NCBI GenBank assembly: GCA_017444385.1
Contig: JAFSWQ010000008.1
Span: forward strand, 5,004-69,003
Direction: 5' to 3'
Length of the DNA: 64,000 nucleotides
Source of the DNA: Clostridia bacterium
GTDB lineage: Bacteria; Bacillota; Clostridia; Christensenellales; CAG-1252
Positions 19,294 to 27,473 of the stretch are shown here, piece after piece. Under the pieces are notes generated by a model. The model was given only the letters and a program-made list of their open reading frames with translations, was not told the origin of the DNA and did not search any database. Made by a program: the position numbers and the translations under genes. Position 1 is the stretch's first letter; the number at the start of each line of letters is the position of its first letter.

Positions 19294-19647
19294 GAGCGAA
19301 GCGAATTCCGGAAGTTTGCACCCTTCCGCCATAGGCGGGAGCAAAGGGGGATGGACCGCTTCCGAAGCAGTCTCAAACTGCGACGAAGTGGTGGGGGTTT
19401 TAAGAGAGAGTATCACGTTATTAAGAATCGTAAAATACGAAAGCATTAGGATTTTTAGAGACTAATGTCTTGTACGGAATAAACGTTTTGATATTTTTTT
19501 TGGTAAATTCGGTAATACCGAGTGCTAATTCAAAACCCCCGACCTTCCGTCGAGCTAAAGCTCTTTGGGAACGTCCCCTCCCCCTTTGCCCGCTTGAATC
19601 CCAGATTCTTCACTAAAGGGTGCAAACTTCCGGACTCGCCGAAGCTC
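19294..19647 (+). repeat. L element copy 1 (~354 nt, long imperfect fold-back; possible structured RNA or MITE)
   Basis: About 90% identical to 26898-27249. Arms pair: CCGGAAGTTTGCACCC with GGGTGCAAACTTCCGG, GCAAAGGGGGA with TCCCCCTTTGC, GGGGGTTTT with AAAACCCCC. Local hairpins occur in each arm. Confidence 0.85.
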
Positions 19648-19703
19648 GTGAGATTAAAAAAGACAAAGAAAGTTTTTATGTAAAAAAATAATTAGTCTAA
19701 ATC

Positions 19704-19963
19704 GGTAGAGATGTTTCGACTACGCTCAACATGACGAAAAAATAAGAGTACGTCATCTTTAACAGCAAGCCCGAGCGAAGCGAGGCTCGAGCAAACGCTT
19801 AACGTTTGCGAGAAAGAGGAATAGGCAAGCAACAACGAAACCATTGTAGATGGTGAGTAAAAGCGAAGCCTATGACGAGTCGAGGGATCCCCTAACGCGA
19901 AGCAGCGGTAATCATTTAAGTATTTTTATCGGTAGTGACGTTTCGACTTCGCTCAATATGACG
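19704..19963 (+). repeat. repeat cluster: A - T1 - A
   Basis: A 19704-19736, T1 19748-19904, A 19931-19963. Confidence 0.9.
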
Positions 19964-20028
19964 ATAAAAATAACACTCTTAATAAAAAGTCCGTCATACT
20001 CTCGCCTTGACGAAAATAATATTCAATT

Positions 20029-21270
20029 ATGACGGAAGAATATTTTTTGATAAAGCAAAGCAGAATATGCGGGGAAGTCGTCCCTCAAGGAAGTAAAAAC
20101 GCGGCGTTACCGCTCATCGCCGCTTGCGTGGAATGTCGCGGGCGTTACGTTTTGAGAAACGTTCCCGACATCGAGGACGTCAAAACCCTTATAAAAATTT
20201 TTTCAAATTACGGCGTAAAATTTACCTTTCGTAATAACGAATTGTCGATAGATTCAAGGGAATTGCGCTCTTCGGTCGAGTCAAGCGAAGAAGAAGAGAA
20301 ACTTCGAGCCTCGTCCTACCTTATCGGCGCGATAATTCCCTCTAATAAGCGGCTCGTTCTGTCTCCGCCGGGCGGTTGCAAATTGGGTGATAGACCTCTC
20401 GATATCCACTTCGACGTTTGCCGTAGTTTAGGCGTTACGGTTAGAATAGAGGATAAACTGTATTTCGAGTGGGATCAAGAAGGCTCGCGTAAAATAAACC
20501 TACGATTCCCGTCGGTAGGGGCGACGATAAACGCTATTATGCTCGCCGCTTCCCTCGAAAAAGAAACCCTCATAGTAAACGCCGCGCCCGAGCCCGAAGT
20601 TGACGAGGTGATTTCCTTTTACCGTTTAACGGGCGTAAAGATCGAGAGAGAAGGGGAAAGCATTCTTATTTTCGGCAAAGAAAACAAAAAAGAGATAGTT
20701 TACGCCGTCCCTTTCGATAGGATTGTATGCGGCGATCTAATGCTTTTAGCGGCGGCAACGAAAGGGGAATTGCTCATAAAAGGGGTGGATTTTCAACAAG
20801 AGGCTGCTTTAATCGGTAAATTTTCTCTAACCCCTTGCCAAATAAGGTATTATTATGATAGAATATATATTCGGAATAGTGGGAGAGTCTGCGGTAACGT
20901 AATTACCGCCCCTTATCCGTATTTCCCTACCGATCTTCAAGCCCAATTCGCCGCCGCCTCGGTTGGCTCGGGCGGTAGTTGCCGAATATGCGAACACGTC
21001 TTCGGTTCAAGATTCGCCTATTTCGAAGAACTTGAAAAGATGGGCGCAAAGGGAAAAATAGACGGCAACGAATTGACTCTCGAGAGATCCGCTTTGACGG
21101 GTGCCACCGTGACCGCCAAAGATTTAAGAAGCGGTATGGCGTTAACTATCGCGGGGTTCGCCGCGCGTGGATATACGAAAGTTTACGGTCTTCGTTATTT
21201 GGACAGAGGGTACGAGAATTTAGTTCGAGTCCTCACTTCCATTAACGGGGATATAAAGAGGATAGAATGA
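20029..21270 (+). CDS. murA: UDP-N-acetylglucosamine 1-carboxyvinyltransferase
   Basis: 413 aa. Active-site loop PPGGCKLGDRPLDIH with the catalytic Cys. Confidence 0.85.
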   Translation: MTEEYFLIKQSRICGEVVPQGSKNAALPLIAACVECRGRYVLRNVPDIEDVKTLIKIFSNYGVKFTFRNNELSIDSRELRSSVESSEEEEKLRASSYLIGAIIPSNKRLVLSPPGGCKLGDRPLDIHFDVCRSLGVTVRIEDKLYFEWDQEGSRKINLRFPSVGATINAIMLAASLEKETLIVNAAPEPEVDEVISFYRLTGVKIEREGESILIFGKENKKEIVYAVPFDRIVCGDLMLLAAATKGELLIKGVDFQQEAALIGKFSLTPCQIRYYYDRIYIRNSGRVCGNVITAPYPYFPTDLQAQFAAASVGSGGSCRICEHVFGSRFAYFEELEKMGAKGKIDGNELTLERSALTGATVTAKDLRSGMALTIAGFAARGYTKVYGLRYLDRGYENLVRVLTSINGDIKRIE

Positions 21271-22049
21271 AAGGTAACGGACGAATTATCGTTTTCATAG
21301 CGATCATCGCGGTTATCGTCGTTTTCGTTATATTGAATATGACCGTTTTTACCGTAAAAGACGTTACGGTATTGAATAAGGTCGAATCTCAATCGATAGA
21401 CAAAGACGCGATAATAACCGACTCCGGCATTGATACCGGGGATAATATCTTTTTGCTTTCCGAGAGCAAGATATCCTCGGCGATAGAGAGAAACAACCCC
21501 TACGTCGAAGTGCTTTCCGTCGAACGTTCTTTCCCTAACAAAGTGGTCATACACGTTTCGATGCGTACGCCTTTGATGTCGGTACATATTCAAAATTCAA
21601 ATCTTTACGCGTTGATAGACGCTTCGCTTAAAATTCTCGAAATAGTGGACGATCATGCCGCGCTTTACGAGGCTTCCACCAAAGTCAACGGAATAGAGAT
21701 AACCGATCCCATAGTGGGCGGCGTTCTCTATCAAAGTAACGACGTCAACGGAAGGCTCGCGGATATCGCGTACGTCGCTGAAAAAGAGAGGTTGGAGGGA
21801 AGCGCCTTTTTGAATTTCTTCGAGTCGGTCGCGTTCTCGGGCGAAAACGGAAGCGTGATTTACATTAAGATTCGTTCGGGTGTAACGATATGCCTTAACG
21901 GCGTAAACGATACGCAAACCAAATTACGCTACGCTCTCGAAGAGTACCGAGCGTTAGGCGAACAGTCGTTTAAGAGAAGTAGCGGGTTCATATACTTCAA
22001 CGAGTCGAAAGGCTGGGATTGGTCGGAATCCGATCCTTACGGCGAATAG
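21267..22049 (+). CDS. ftsQ: cell division protein FtsQ/DivIB
   Basis: N-terminal TM helix followed by a POTRA-like segment (FTVKDVTVLN...). Located immediately upstream of ftsA-ftsZ. Confidence 0.75.
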   Translation: MKGNGRIIVFIAIIAVIVVFVILNMTVFTVKDVTVLNKVESQSIDKDAIITDSGIDTGDNIFLLSESKISSAIERNNPYVEVLSVERSFPNKVVIHVSMRTPLMSVHIQNSNLYALIDASLKILEIVDDHAALYEASTKVNGIEITDPIVGGVLYQSNDVNGRLADIAYVAEKERLEGSAFLNFFESVAFSGENGSVIYIKIRSGVTICLNGVNDTQTKLRYALEEYRALGEQSFKRSSGFIYFNESKGWDWSESDPYGE

Positions 22050-22100
22050 AAAGAGGCGTTTATTCTTCGTTCGTCGAAGAGTAACGGGTTAATCCAATAA

Positions 22101-22300
22101 GGGATATTTCGACTTCGTTTCACTTCGCTCAATATGACGATATCTAAACAGTACGTCATACTAAACTAGGAGATCCGAGCGAAGCGAGTATCGAACAAAC
22201 GCAAAGCGGTTGTGAGAAAGAGGAATAGGCAAGCAAAAACGAAATCATTGTAAGATGATAAGTTATAGCGAAGCCTATGACGAGTCGAAGGATCCCCTAA
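22101..22300 (+). repeat. repeat cluster: A - T1
   Basis: A 22101-22139 (variant with an internal duplication and an ATAT/ATAT stem). T1 22151-22300 (diverged copy). Confidence 0.85.
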
Positions 22301-22393
22301 ATAATAATACCTAAAATTATAAAAATTTATAAACAAATTCCGAGCAAAATCTCAAGAAATGCTCTAATTATAATTTAAACTAATGAGGTTGTT

Positions 22394-23530
22394 ATGGCAA
22401 AAGGACACGAATACGCAGTTTTGGACATAGGGTCGCATAAAATGCGTTTGCTCGTCGCGAACAAATGTTACAGCACGTTTTCCGTAAAGGCGGAAGCGCA
22501 GGTCGCCTACGACGGCTACGCTAACGGCAAATGGGTAAACGAGGACTCGGTTCGTAACGCGATAAAAGAAGTGGTCGCAAAGGTAAAAGGAAAGGACGCT
22601 AAAATCAAGAAACTCTACGTCGGCGTTCCCGCGGAATTCTGCACGCATAAAGTGGTTTCCGCGTCCATCCAGTCGATAAAGCGTAAGAAGGTAGAGCAGT
22701 CCGACGTCGACGCGCTCTTTATAACAGGCAATCCTTTCGGGGACGATAAAACGCTCTTGGTCAAAGCGCCCGAATACTTTATGGTCGACAACAGCAAAAA
22801 CCGCTATATAAACGCTTTGGGTCTTCCCACTCAAAGCTTGTCGGGCAGTTTGTGCTACATTGCTACCGAAAACAACTTCGTCGCGTTCATCAACGACGTT
22901 TTGAAGCGTTGCCAGATCAACGAGACCGTGTTCCTTTGTTCGACCTACTCGGAAATGCTCTCGCTCTTCGACGAGAAATCCCGTCAATACGGCGTTCTCT
23001 TGGTGGATTGCGGATATAGAAGCACCTCGGTTTCCATAATGAACGGCGACGGAATTATATTCCTTTGCAGCTTCTCGATAGGGCAAATGCACCTTATCAA
23101 ATGGATAGCGCAAGGCTTGCAAATCCCTTACGAAGTAGCGGCTAAACTCTTCCAAAAGGTGGATTTGAGCCTTAATTCTTCCAGCGAAGCGACCTATTCG
23201 GTGGAAGCCGAAGGCGGAATGATGAGATTTTCCTGCTCTAAAATAATAGAAATGGTTTCTCAATGTATTTCCGTCATATGCAACTACGTTAACAAATCGC
23301 TTGAAAAGTTCAACGATTATAAAATAACTCGTTTGACGATAAACATAACGGGCGACGGCTTACGTTTGAGAGGGATAGAAGCCTGTATGGGTTCTAAACT
23401 CGGCAGAAGCGTTAAAACCGTCGTTCCTATGAAGAACAGTAACTATAATAACGCCGAGTATTCGAGGGCTGTGGGCTTGATCGAACAAGCGCTCGATATG
23501 GACAGCAAGAAAACGTCTTGGATATGGTAA
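22394..23530 (+). CDS. ftsA: cell division protein FtsA (actin-like ATPase)
   Basis: Phosphate-1-like AVLDIGSHKMRLLVA and phosphate-2-like LLVDCGYRSTSVSI. Directly upstream of ftsZ. Confidence 0.85.
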   Translation: MAKGHEYAVLDIGSHKMRLLVANKCYSTFSVKAEAQVAYDGYANGKWVNEDSVRNAIKEVVAKVKGKDAKIKKLYVGVPAEFCTHKVVSASIQSIKRKKVEQSDVDALFITGNPFGDDKTLLVKAPEYFMVDNSKNRYINALGLPTQSLSGSLCYIATENNFVAFINDVLKRCQINETVFLCSTYSEMLSLFDEKSRQYGVLLVDCGYRSTSVSIMNGDGIIFLCSFSIGQMHLIKWIAQGLQIPYEVAAKLFQKVDLSLNSSSEATYSVEAEGGMMRFSCSKIIEMVSQCISVICNYVNKSLEKFNDYKITRLTINITGDGLRLRGIEACMGSKLGRSVKTVVPMKNSNYNNAEYSRAVGLIEQALDMDSKKTSWIW

Positions 23531-23547
23531 TATGGAGGGAGTAGAGT

Positions 23548-24774
23548 ATGTACGACATTGAAGATTTTGAAGTTGAAACAAAGTATGAAAACGGTAACGG
23601 TAAAAGGGTATGCAATATTCTTTTAGTAGGCGTTGGCGGCGGCGGTTGTAACGCCGTTTCGAGATTGATGTATTCGGATATCACTTCGGCGGACTTCGTC
23701 GCGGTTAACACCGACGCGCAAGCGTTGATGGCTATCAAGCATCAAGCCCTCGCTCAAAAACCCAACGTCAAAGTTAAACTCTTGCAAATAGGCAAGCAAC
23801 TCACGGGCGGGCAAGGCGCGGGCGCCGATCCTCAAATGGGTAAAGAAGCGGCGGAAGAGAGCAAAGAGGATATAAGAAATATGCTCACCGGTATTCAACT
23901 TTGCTTTATCGCTTGCGGAATGGGCGGCGGTACCGGTACCGGCGCGGCTCCCGTTATCGCGCGTATCGCTCACGAAATGAATATCCTTACCATCGCGGTA
24001 GTTACCAAGCCTTTCGGTTTCGAGGGCGTACCTCGTATGGAAAACGCCGAAAAGGGTATCGTAGAACTCAATAAATATATCGATTCTTTGATAGTCGTTC
24101 CCAACGATAAATTGGATAGAAAGAGCGTTGCTACCGCATTCGCTCAAGCGGACGACGTTTTGAAGTATTCTATCAAGGGCATCGCCGATTTAATAAGCAA
24201 TCCCTGCCTTATCAACCTCGACTACGCAGACGTATGCAAGATCATGTCCGATCGCGGCTACGCACATATCGGTATCGGTTACGGCGAAGGTCCCGGCCGC
24301 GCTTTGACCGCCGTAAAACAAGCGGTAAAGAACGATATCACCGATACGACCATCTATCACGCGACGAGTATGATAATCTCTTATCAAGCGGGTTCGGATT
24401 TCAATACCGAAGAGATTGACAACGCGACCAACTTGGTACGTAAGGTATTGCAAGACGACGCCGAGATAATCTTCGGCTTGAATATCGATCCCGAACTCGG
24501 CGATACTATGACGGTCACCGTTATTGCGACCGGTTTCAAACCCGCAGGCGCGAAAGATCAACCTTCCCCCGTGAAAGTCGAGCCGGCGCCTCGCCAAGAC
24601 TTTTTCCGTAAAAGCGACTCGTTCAACGCGGCGGACGCGCAAAGAATGATGACCGAGCGTGAAAACTCAACGATCAACGTTCAAGAGCCCGTTTTGAATT
24701 CGGACAATAGAATCGAAGTCGACGATAGTTTGGTACCTTCGTTTATGACCGAGATGAAGAATAAAGACGAGTAA
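23548..24774 (+). CDS. ftsZ: cell division GTPase FtsZ
   Basis: Tubulin signature GMGGGTGTGAAPV, NTDAQAL, and a C-terminal conserved peptide DDSLVPSFM. Confidence 0.97.
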   Translation: MYDIEDFEVETKYENGNGKRVCNILLVGVGGGGCNAVSRLMYSDITSADFVAVNTDAQALMAIKHQALAQKPNVKVKLLQIGKQLTGGQGAGADPQMGKEAAEESKEDIRNMLTGIQLCFIACGMGGGTGTGAAPVIARIAHEMNILTIAVVTKPFGFEGVPRMENAEKGIVELNKYIDSLIVVPNDKLDRKSVATAFAQADDVLKYSIKGIADLISNPCLINLDYADVCKIMSDRGYAHIGIGYGEGPGRALTAVKQAVKNDITDTTIYHATSMIISYQAGSDFNTEEIDNATNLVRKVLQDDAEIIFGLNIDPELGDTMTVTVIATGFKPAGAKDQPSPVKVEPAPRQDFFRKSDSFNAADAQRMMTERENSTINVQEPVLNSDNRIEVDDSLVPSFMTEMKNKDE

Positions 24775-24828
24775 AGTAAATTAACTGCGATTATTCGCAT
24801 TGATTTAATTTGGCTCAAAAATTTTACT

Positions 24829-25092
24829 CGTCATGTTGAGCTTGTCGAAACATCTCTTCCGATTGAGATAATCAAATAAGCAAACACTGCTTCGCGTTAG
24901 GGGATTCCTCGACGATGCTCGGAATGACGGTACTAATATAATTTACTCGTCATGTTGAGCTTGTCGAAACATCTCTTCCAATTTGGAACCTCATATAAGA
25001 GATTACGATTGGTTAGGGGATCCCTCGACGTTGCTCGGGATGACGTACTGATATTTTCTCGTCATGATGAGCGAAGTCGAAACATCTCTTCC
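24829..25092 (-). repeat. repeat cluster in reverse orientation: A - S - A - S - A
   Basis: A 24829-24860, S 24888-24933, A 24948-24979, S 25013-25048, A 25060-25092. All are reverse complements of the forms seen elsewhere. Confidence 0.9.
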
Positions 25093-25186
25093 GGTTGAGA
25101 TAATTAAACAAGCAAAAGGTTTTCGAGAAAGTCGACAAGAAAACGGTTGATAGATTAAATTCTTCCGTTTTCTTTTTTTATTCCCA

Positions 25187-26002
25187 TTGTATCATATCCA
25201 TATGACCGTTGTTATAGAGTACGTCGTATTGGATAACTTTTTGCTTGACTTATTGACTGCGCTTATCGTCGCGGAAATAATGAAGGTTATGAAAGGTTTT
25301 TGCTTTATCTCGGCTTTTACGGGGACTATAACCGCCCTCGTTTACCCGATAATCCCCGATTATTTCATAATTCCGTTCAAAATATTATCCCTTATCGCTT
25401 GCGTTTTGCCGCTTTGTTTCAAAAAAAGGATAAAGAGAAGTTTAGGAATTCTCGCGTTGTACGTCACTATCTCCGCGGTGTTTTCGGGGGTGTTGCAACT
25501 CTTCTTAAACGGTTCGATCAAGGCGGGGGCGTCCTATTATTCGGGCGGTAAAGTCGCGTTGATATCTTTCGCCGTAATAATCGCCTTTTATCTGTTGAAA
25601 CAGTGCGTGGGTTTGATAAAAAACTCTAAAGCGAAAAGCGAACTCGTAAAGATAAGAATAAAGGTAGATAATAAAGAATACGATCTTAAAGGCTTTATCG
25701 ACGGCGGGAATATGAGTAGATATCGAAATAGCGGATTAAACTTTTTATCCAAAGATCTATCCGAAGTGCTATCATTAAAAGAGATAGGTGAAACTACGGT
25801 GGAAACGGTAAACGGCAAAAGTTTGGAAAAGGTTTACGTTATTGACGAATTGAAGATATATAGAGAGGGAAAAGAGCATATATATAGAAACGTAAACGCG
25901 GTAAAGACCGAGCGTGAGTTTATGGACTTCGACGCTTTGTTATCGCGGGACTTCGGCGAGGTGGATAATGATTTTAGCAAGACTCAAGAGATTTTTCATT
26001 AA
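25187..26002 (+). CDS. spoIIGA: sigma-E processing peptidase SpoIIGA
   Basis: Five N-terminal TM helices plus an aspartic-protease-like FIDGGN motif. Directly upstream of and overlapping pro-sigE. The start is ambiguous (ATG 25187 or ATG 25202). Confidence 0.8.
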   Translation: MYHIHMTVVIEYVVLDNFLLDLLTALIVAEIMKVMKGFCFISAFTGTITALVYPIIPDYFIIPFKILSLIACVLPLCFKKRIKRSLGILALYVTISAVFSGVLQLFLNGSIKAGASYYSGGKVALISFAVIIAFYLLKQCVGLIKNSKAKSELVKIRIKVDNKEYDLKGFIDGGNMSRYRNSGLNFLSKDLSEVLSLKEIGETTVETVNGKSLEKVYVIDELKIYREGKEHIYRNVNAVKTEREFMDFDALLSRDFGEVDNDFSKTQEIFH

Positions 26003-26672
26003 GGTTTTTAGGTTATACGATAACCAAACCGATTACGTTTTCGGTATGGCTTTGCCCCAACCTTTAACGAGCGACGAGGAAAAGATGGTTTTGGAAAGAT
26101 TCAAAAAAGGGGACGAGTCGGCTCGAAAGGAACTTATCGAACGCAACTTACGCCTCGTCGTTTATATCGCGAAGAAATTTGATGGTAGCGTTCCCGACAA
26201 TTCCGAACTTGTCTCGATCGGCGCGATGGGGCTTATCAAAGCGGTAAATAACTTCGATCCCGACAAGAATATCAAGCTTGCGACCTTCGCTTCGCGTTGT
26301 ATAGAAAACGAAATACTAATGTATTTGCGTAAGGTAGTGAGAAGGAAGCGTGAAGTCTCTTTGGACGAGCCTATTAATACCGACTTCGAGGGCAACGAAT
26401 TGCTTTTAGGCGACGTTTTAGGCACCGACCCCGACGCAGTGAGTATCGAAGCCGAAAAGAAGTCGGAAATAGAATATTTATATATAAGCCTTCAAAAGCT
26501 CAACTCTCGCGAAAGGCTTATACTTTCTCTTCGCTACGGTCTTGACGGCAAAGAAGAGAAAACTCAAAAAGAGATAGCGGATATGTTGGGTATCTCGCAA
26601 AGTTACATATCCCGCCTCGAAAAGAAAGTCCTTTTGAAGTTAAAGAGAGAATTGGTGAAGTACGTTTGTTAA
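25968..26672 (+). CDS. sigE: RNA polymerase sporulation sigma factor SigE (pro-sigma-E)
   Basis: ORF 25914..26672. The likely start is ATG 25968, after GAGGTGG. Pro-sequence MILARLKRFFIKVF, then ALPQPLTSDEE and IERNLRLVVYIAKKF, RCIENEILMYLR, GISQSYISRLEK. These closely match B. subtilis SigE from memory. Confidence 0.9.
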   Translation: MILARLKRFFIKVFRLYDNQTDYVFGMALPQPLTSDEEKMVLERFKKGDESARKELIERNLRLVVYIAKKFDGSVPDNSELVSIGAMGLIKAVNNFDPDKNIKLATFASRCIENEILMYLRKVVRRKREVSLDEPINTDFEGNELLLGDVLGTDPDAVSIEAEKKSEIEYLYISLQKLNSRERLILSLRYGLDGKEEKTQKEIADMLGISQSYISRLEKKVLLKLKRELVKYVC

Positions 26673-26707
26673 CGTGCGCGGGAAAGGTGACGAATAAACA
26701 ATAAAAG

Positions 26708-26855
26708 CACGTCATTATAAATTGGGAAAACCTCGCGAAGCGACGCTCGAACAAACGCACGCGTTTGTGAGAAAGAGGAATAGGCAAGCAACCACGAAAC
26801 CATCGTTAGACGGTGAGTAAAAGCGAAGCCTATGACGAGTCGAAGTATCCCCTAA
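26708..26855 (+). repeat. T1 module
   Basis: GCACGTCATTATAAATTGGGAAAACCTCGCGAAGCGACGCTCGAACAAACGCACGCGTTTGTGAG...GTCGAAGTATCCCCTAA. A truncated A end lies at 26681-26697. Confidence 0.9.
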
Positions 26856-26897
26856 CAATGAGTATAAAAAATACGTTCTCTCGCCGTAGGCGAAAAT

Positions 26898-27249
26898 GAG
26901 CATAGCGAATTCGAGAAGTTTGCACCCTTCCGCCATAGGCGGGAGCAAAGGGGGATGGACCGCTTCCAAAGCAGTCTTAAACTGCGACGAAGTGGTGGGG
27001 GTTTTAAGAGAGAGTATCACGTTATGAAGAATTGTATAATACGAAAGCATTAGGATTTTTAGGGACGAACGTCTTGTACGGAATAAACGATTCGATATTA
27101 TTCGGAAAATCGGTAAAAACGAGTGCTAATTCAAAACCCCCGACCTTCCGTCGAGCCTTTGGCTCTTTGGGAACGTCCCCTCCCCCTTTGCCCGTTCGAA
27201 TCGCAGATACTTCACTAAAGGGTGCAAACTTTCGGAAGTCGCTACGCTC
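26898..27249 (+). repeat. L element copy 2 (~352 nt)
   Basis: Second copy of the element at 19294-19647, with the same long-range helices. Differences cluster in the apical AT-rich part and in hairpin loops. Confidence 0.85.
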
Positions 27250-27322
27250 GCAGAAAAACGTTTCAAGAGGGCGTATCTACCGTTTCAAATAAAGAATGTT
27301 TCTAAAAATATTTATAAAATGT

Positions 27323-27462
27323 GGAAGAGATATTTCGACAGGCTCAACTCGTCACGACTTTCGTTTTTATTCGTTGAGAAAAATCCTCAACTTCATTTTT
27401 GCTCGGTCGTTCCTCTTTCTCGAAAACCTTTTGGGTTTTCTCGATTGCTCACTTCGTTCGCG
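27323..27462 (-). repeat. T2 module, full length
   Basis: Its reverse complement aligns block-for-block with T1. The shared blocks are CGAGAAAGAGGAA, TGACGAG and GTCGAA. The three helices have different sequences but remain complementary. Confidence 0.85.
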
Positions 27463-27473
27463 TTTTTATAATA

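Noticed and set aside
19247-19465. ORFs inside the L elements (19247..19465; 26715..27050 minus strand; 27032..27292).
   Set aside because: The frames are not conserved between the two L copies. They have no RBS and run through long inverted-repeat arms.
19294-19647. L element considered as a known housekeeping RNA (SRP/4.5S, 6S, tmRNA) or a riboswitch.
   Set aside because: It is present in two near-identical copies. It lacks the SRP domain IV motif, the tmRNA tag or tRNA-like end, and the 6S central-bubble proportions. It is not positioned as a 5' leader of any gene.
19850-20032. Conserved micro-ORF inside T1 modules (MVSKSEAYDESKDPLTRS..., also 3745..3933 and others).
   Set aside because: No RBS lies at a suitable distance. 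The ORF length and C-terminus differ in every copy. The ATG is absent in the T2 subtype. Substitutions follow base-pairing rather than codon logic.
22364-23263. Long antisense ORFs inside well-supported genes. Examples: 299 aa opposite ftsA; 54865..56358 opposite infB; 43602..44234 opposite tsf; 42777..43475 opposite rpsB; 45580..46182 opposite frr; 41213..41716 opposite DUF1292 and the zinc-ribbon gene.
   Set aside because: These are shadow frames of highly conserved genes. They have no RBS, biased low-complexity composition and no recognisable motifs.
25060-25092. Hammerhead-ribozyme-like core in the A-unit variant CGTCATGATGAGCGAAGTCGAAACATC (xTGATGAG...CGAAAC).
   Set aside because: Only this one copy has GATGAG; the others have GTTGAG. 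The segment between the two core boxes (CGAAGT) cannot form stem II. The C3 position is A, and no stem I/III arrangement with a cleavage-site triplet is evident.
25914-25967. N-terminal extensions of ORF-track models: sigE from 25914, rimP from 52241, murD from 16637, ylxR from 53821, truB-ribF from 58364, lon from 4033, tig from 2.
   Set aside because: The extensions overlap the upstream gene or lack an RBS. Internal ATG or GTG codons preceded by good SD sequences give N-termini that match the family.
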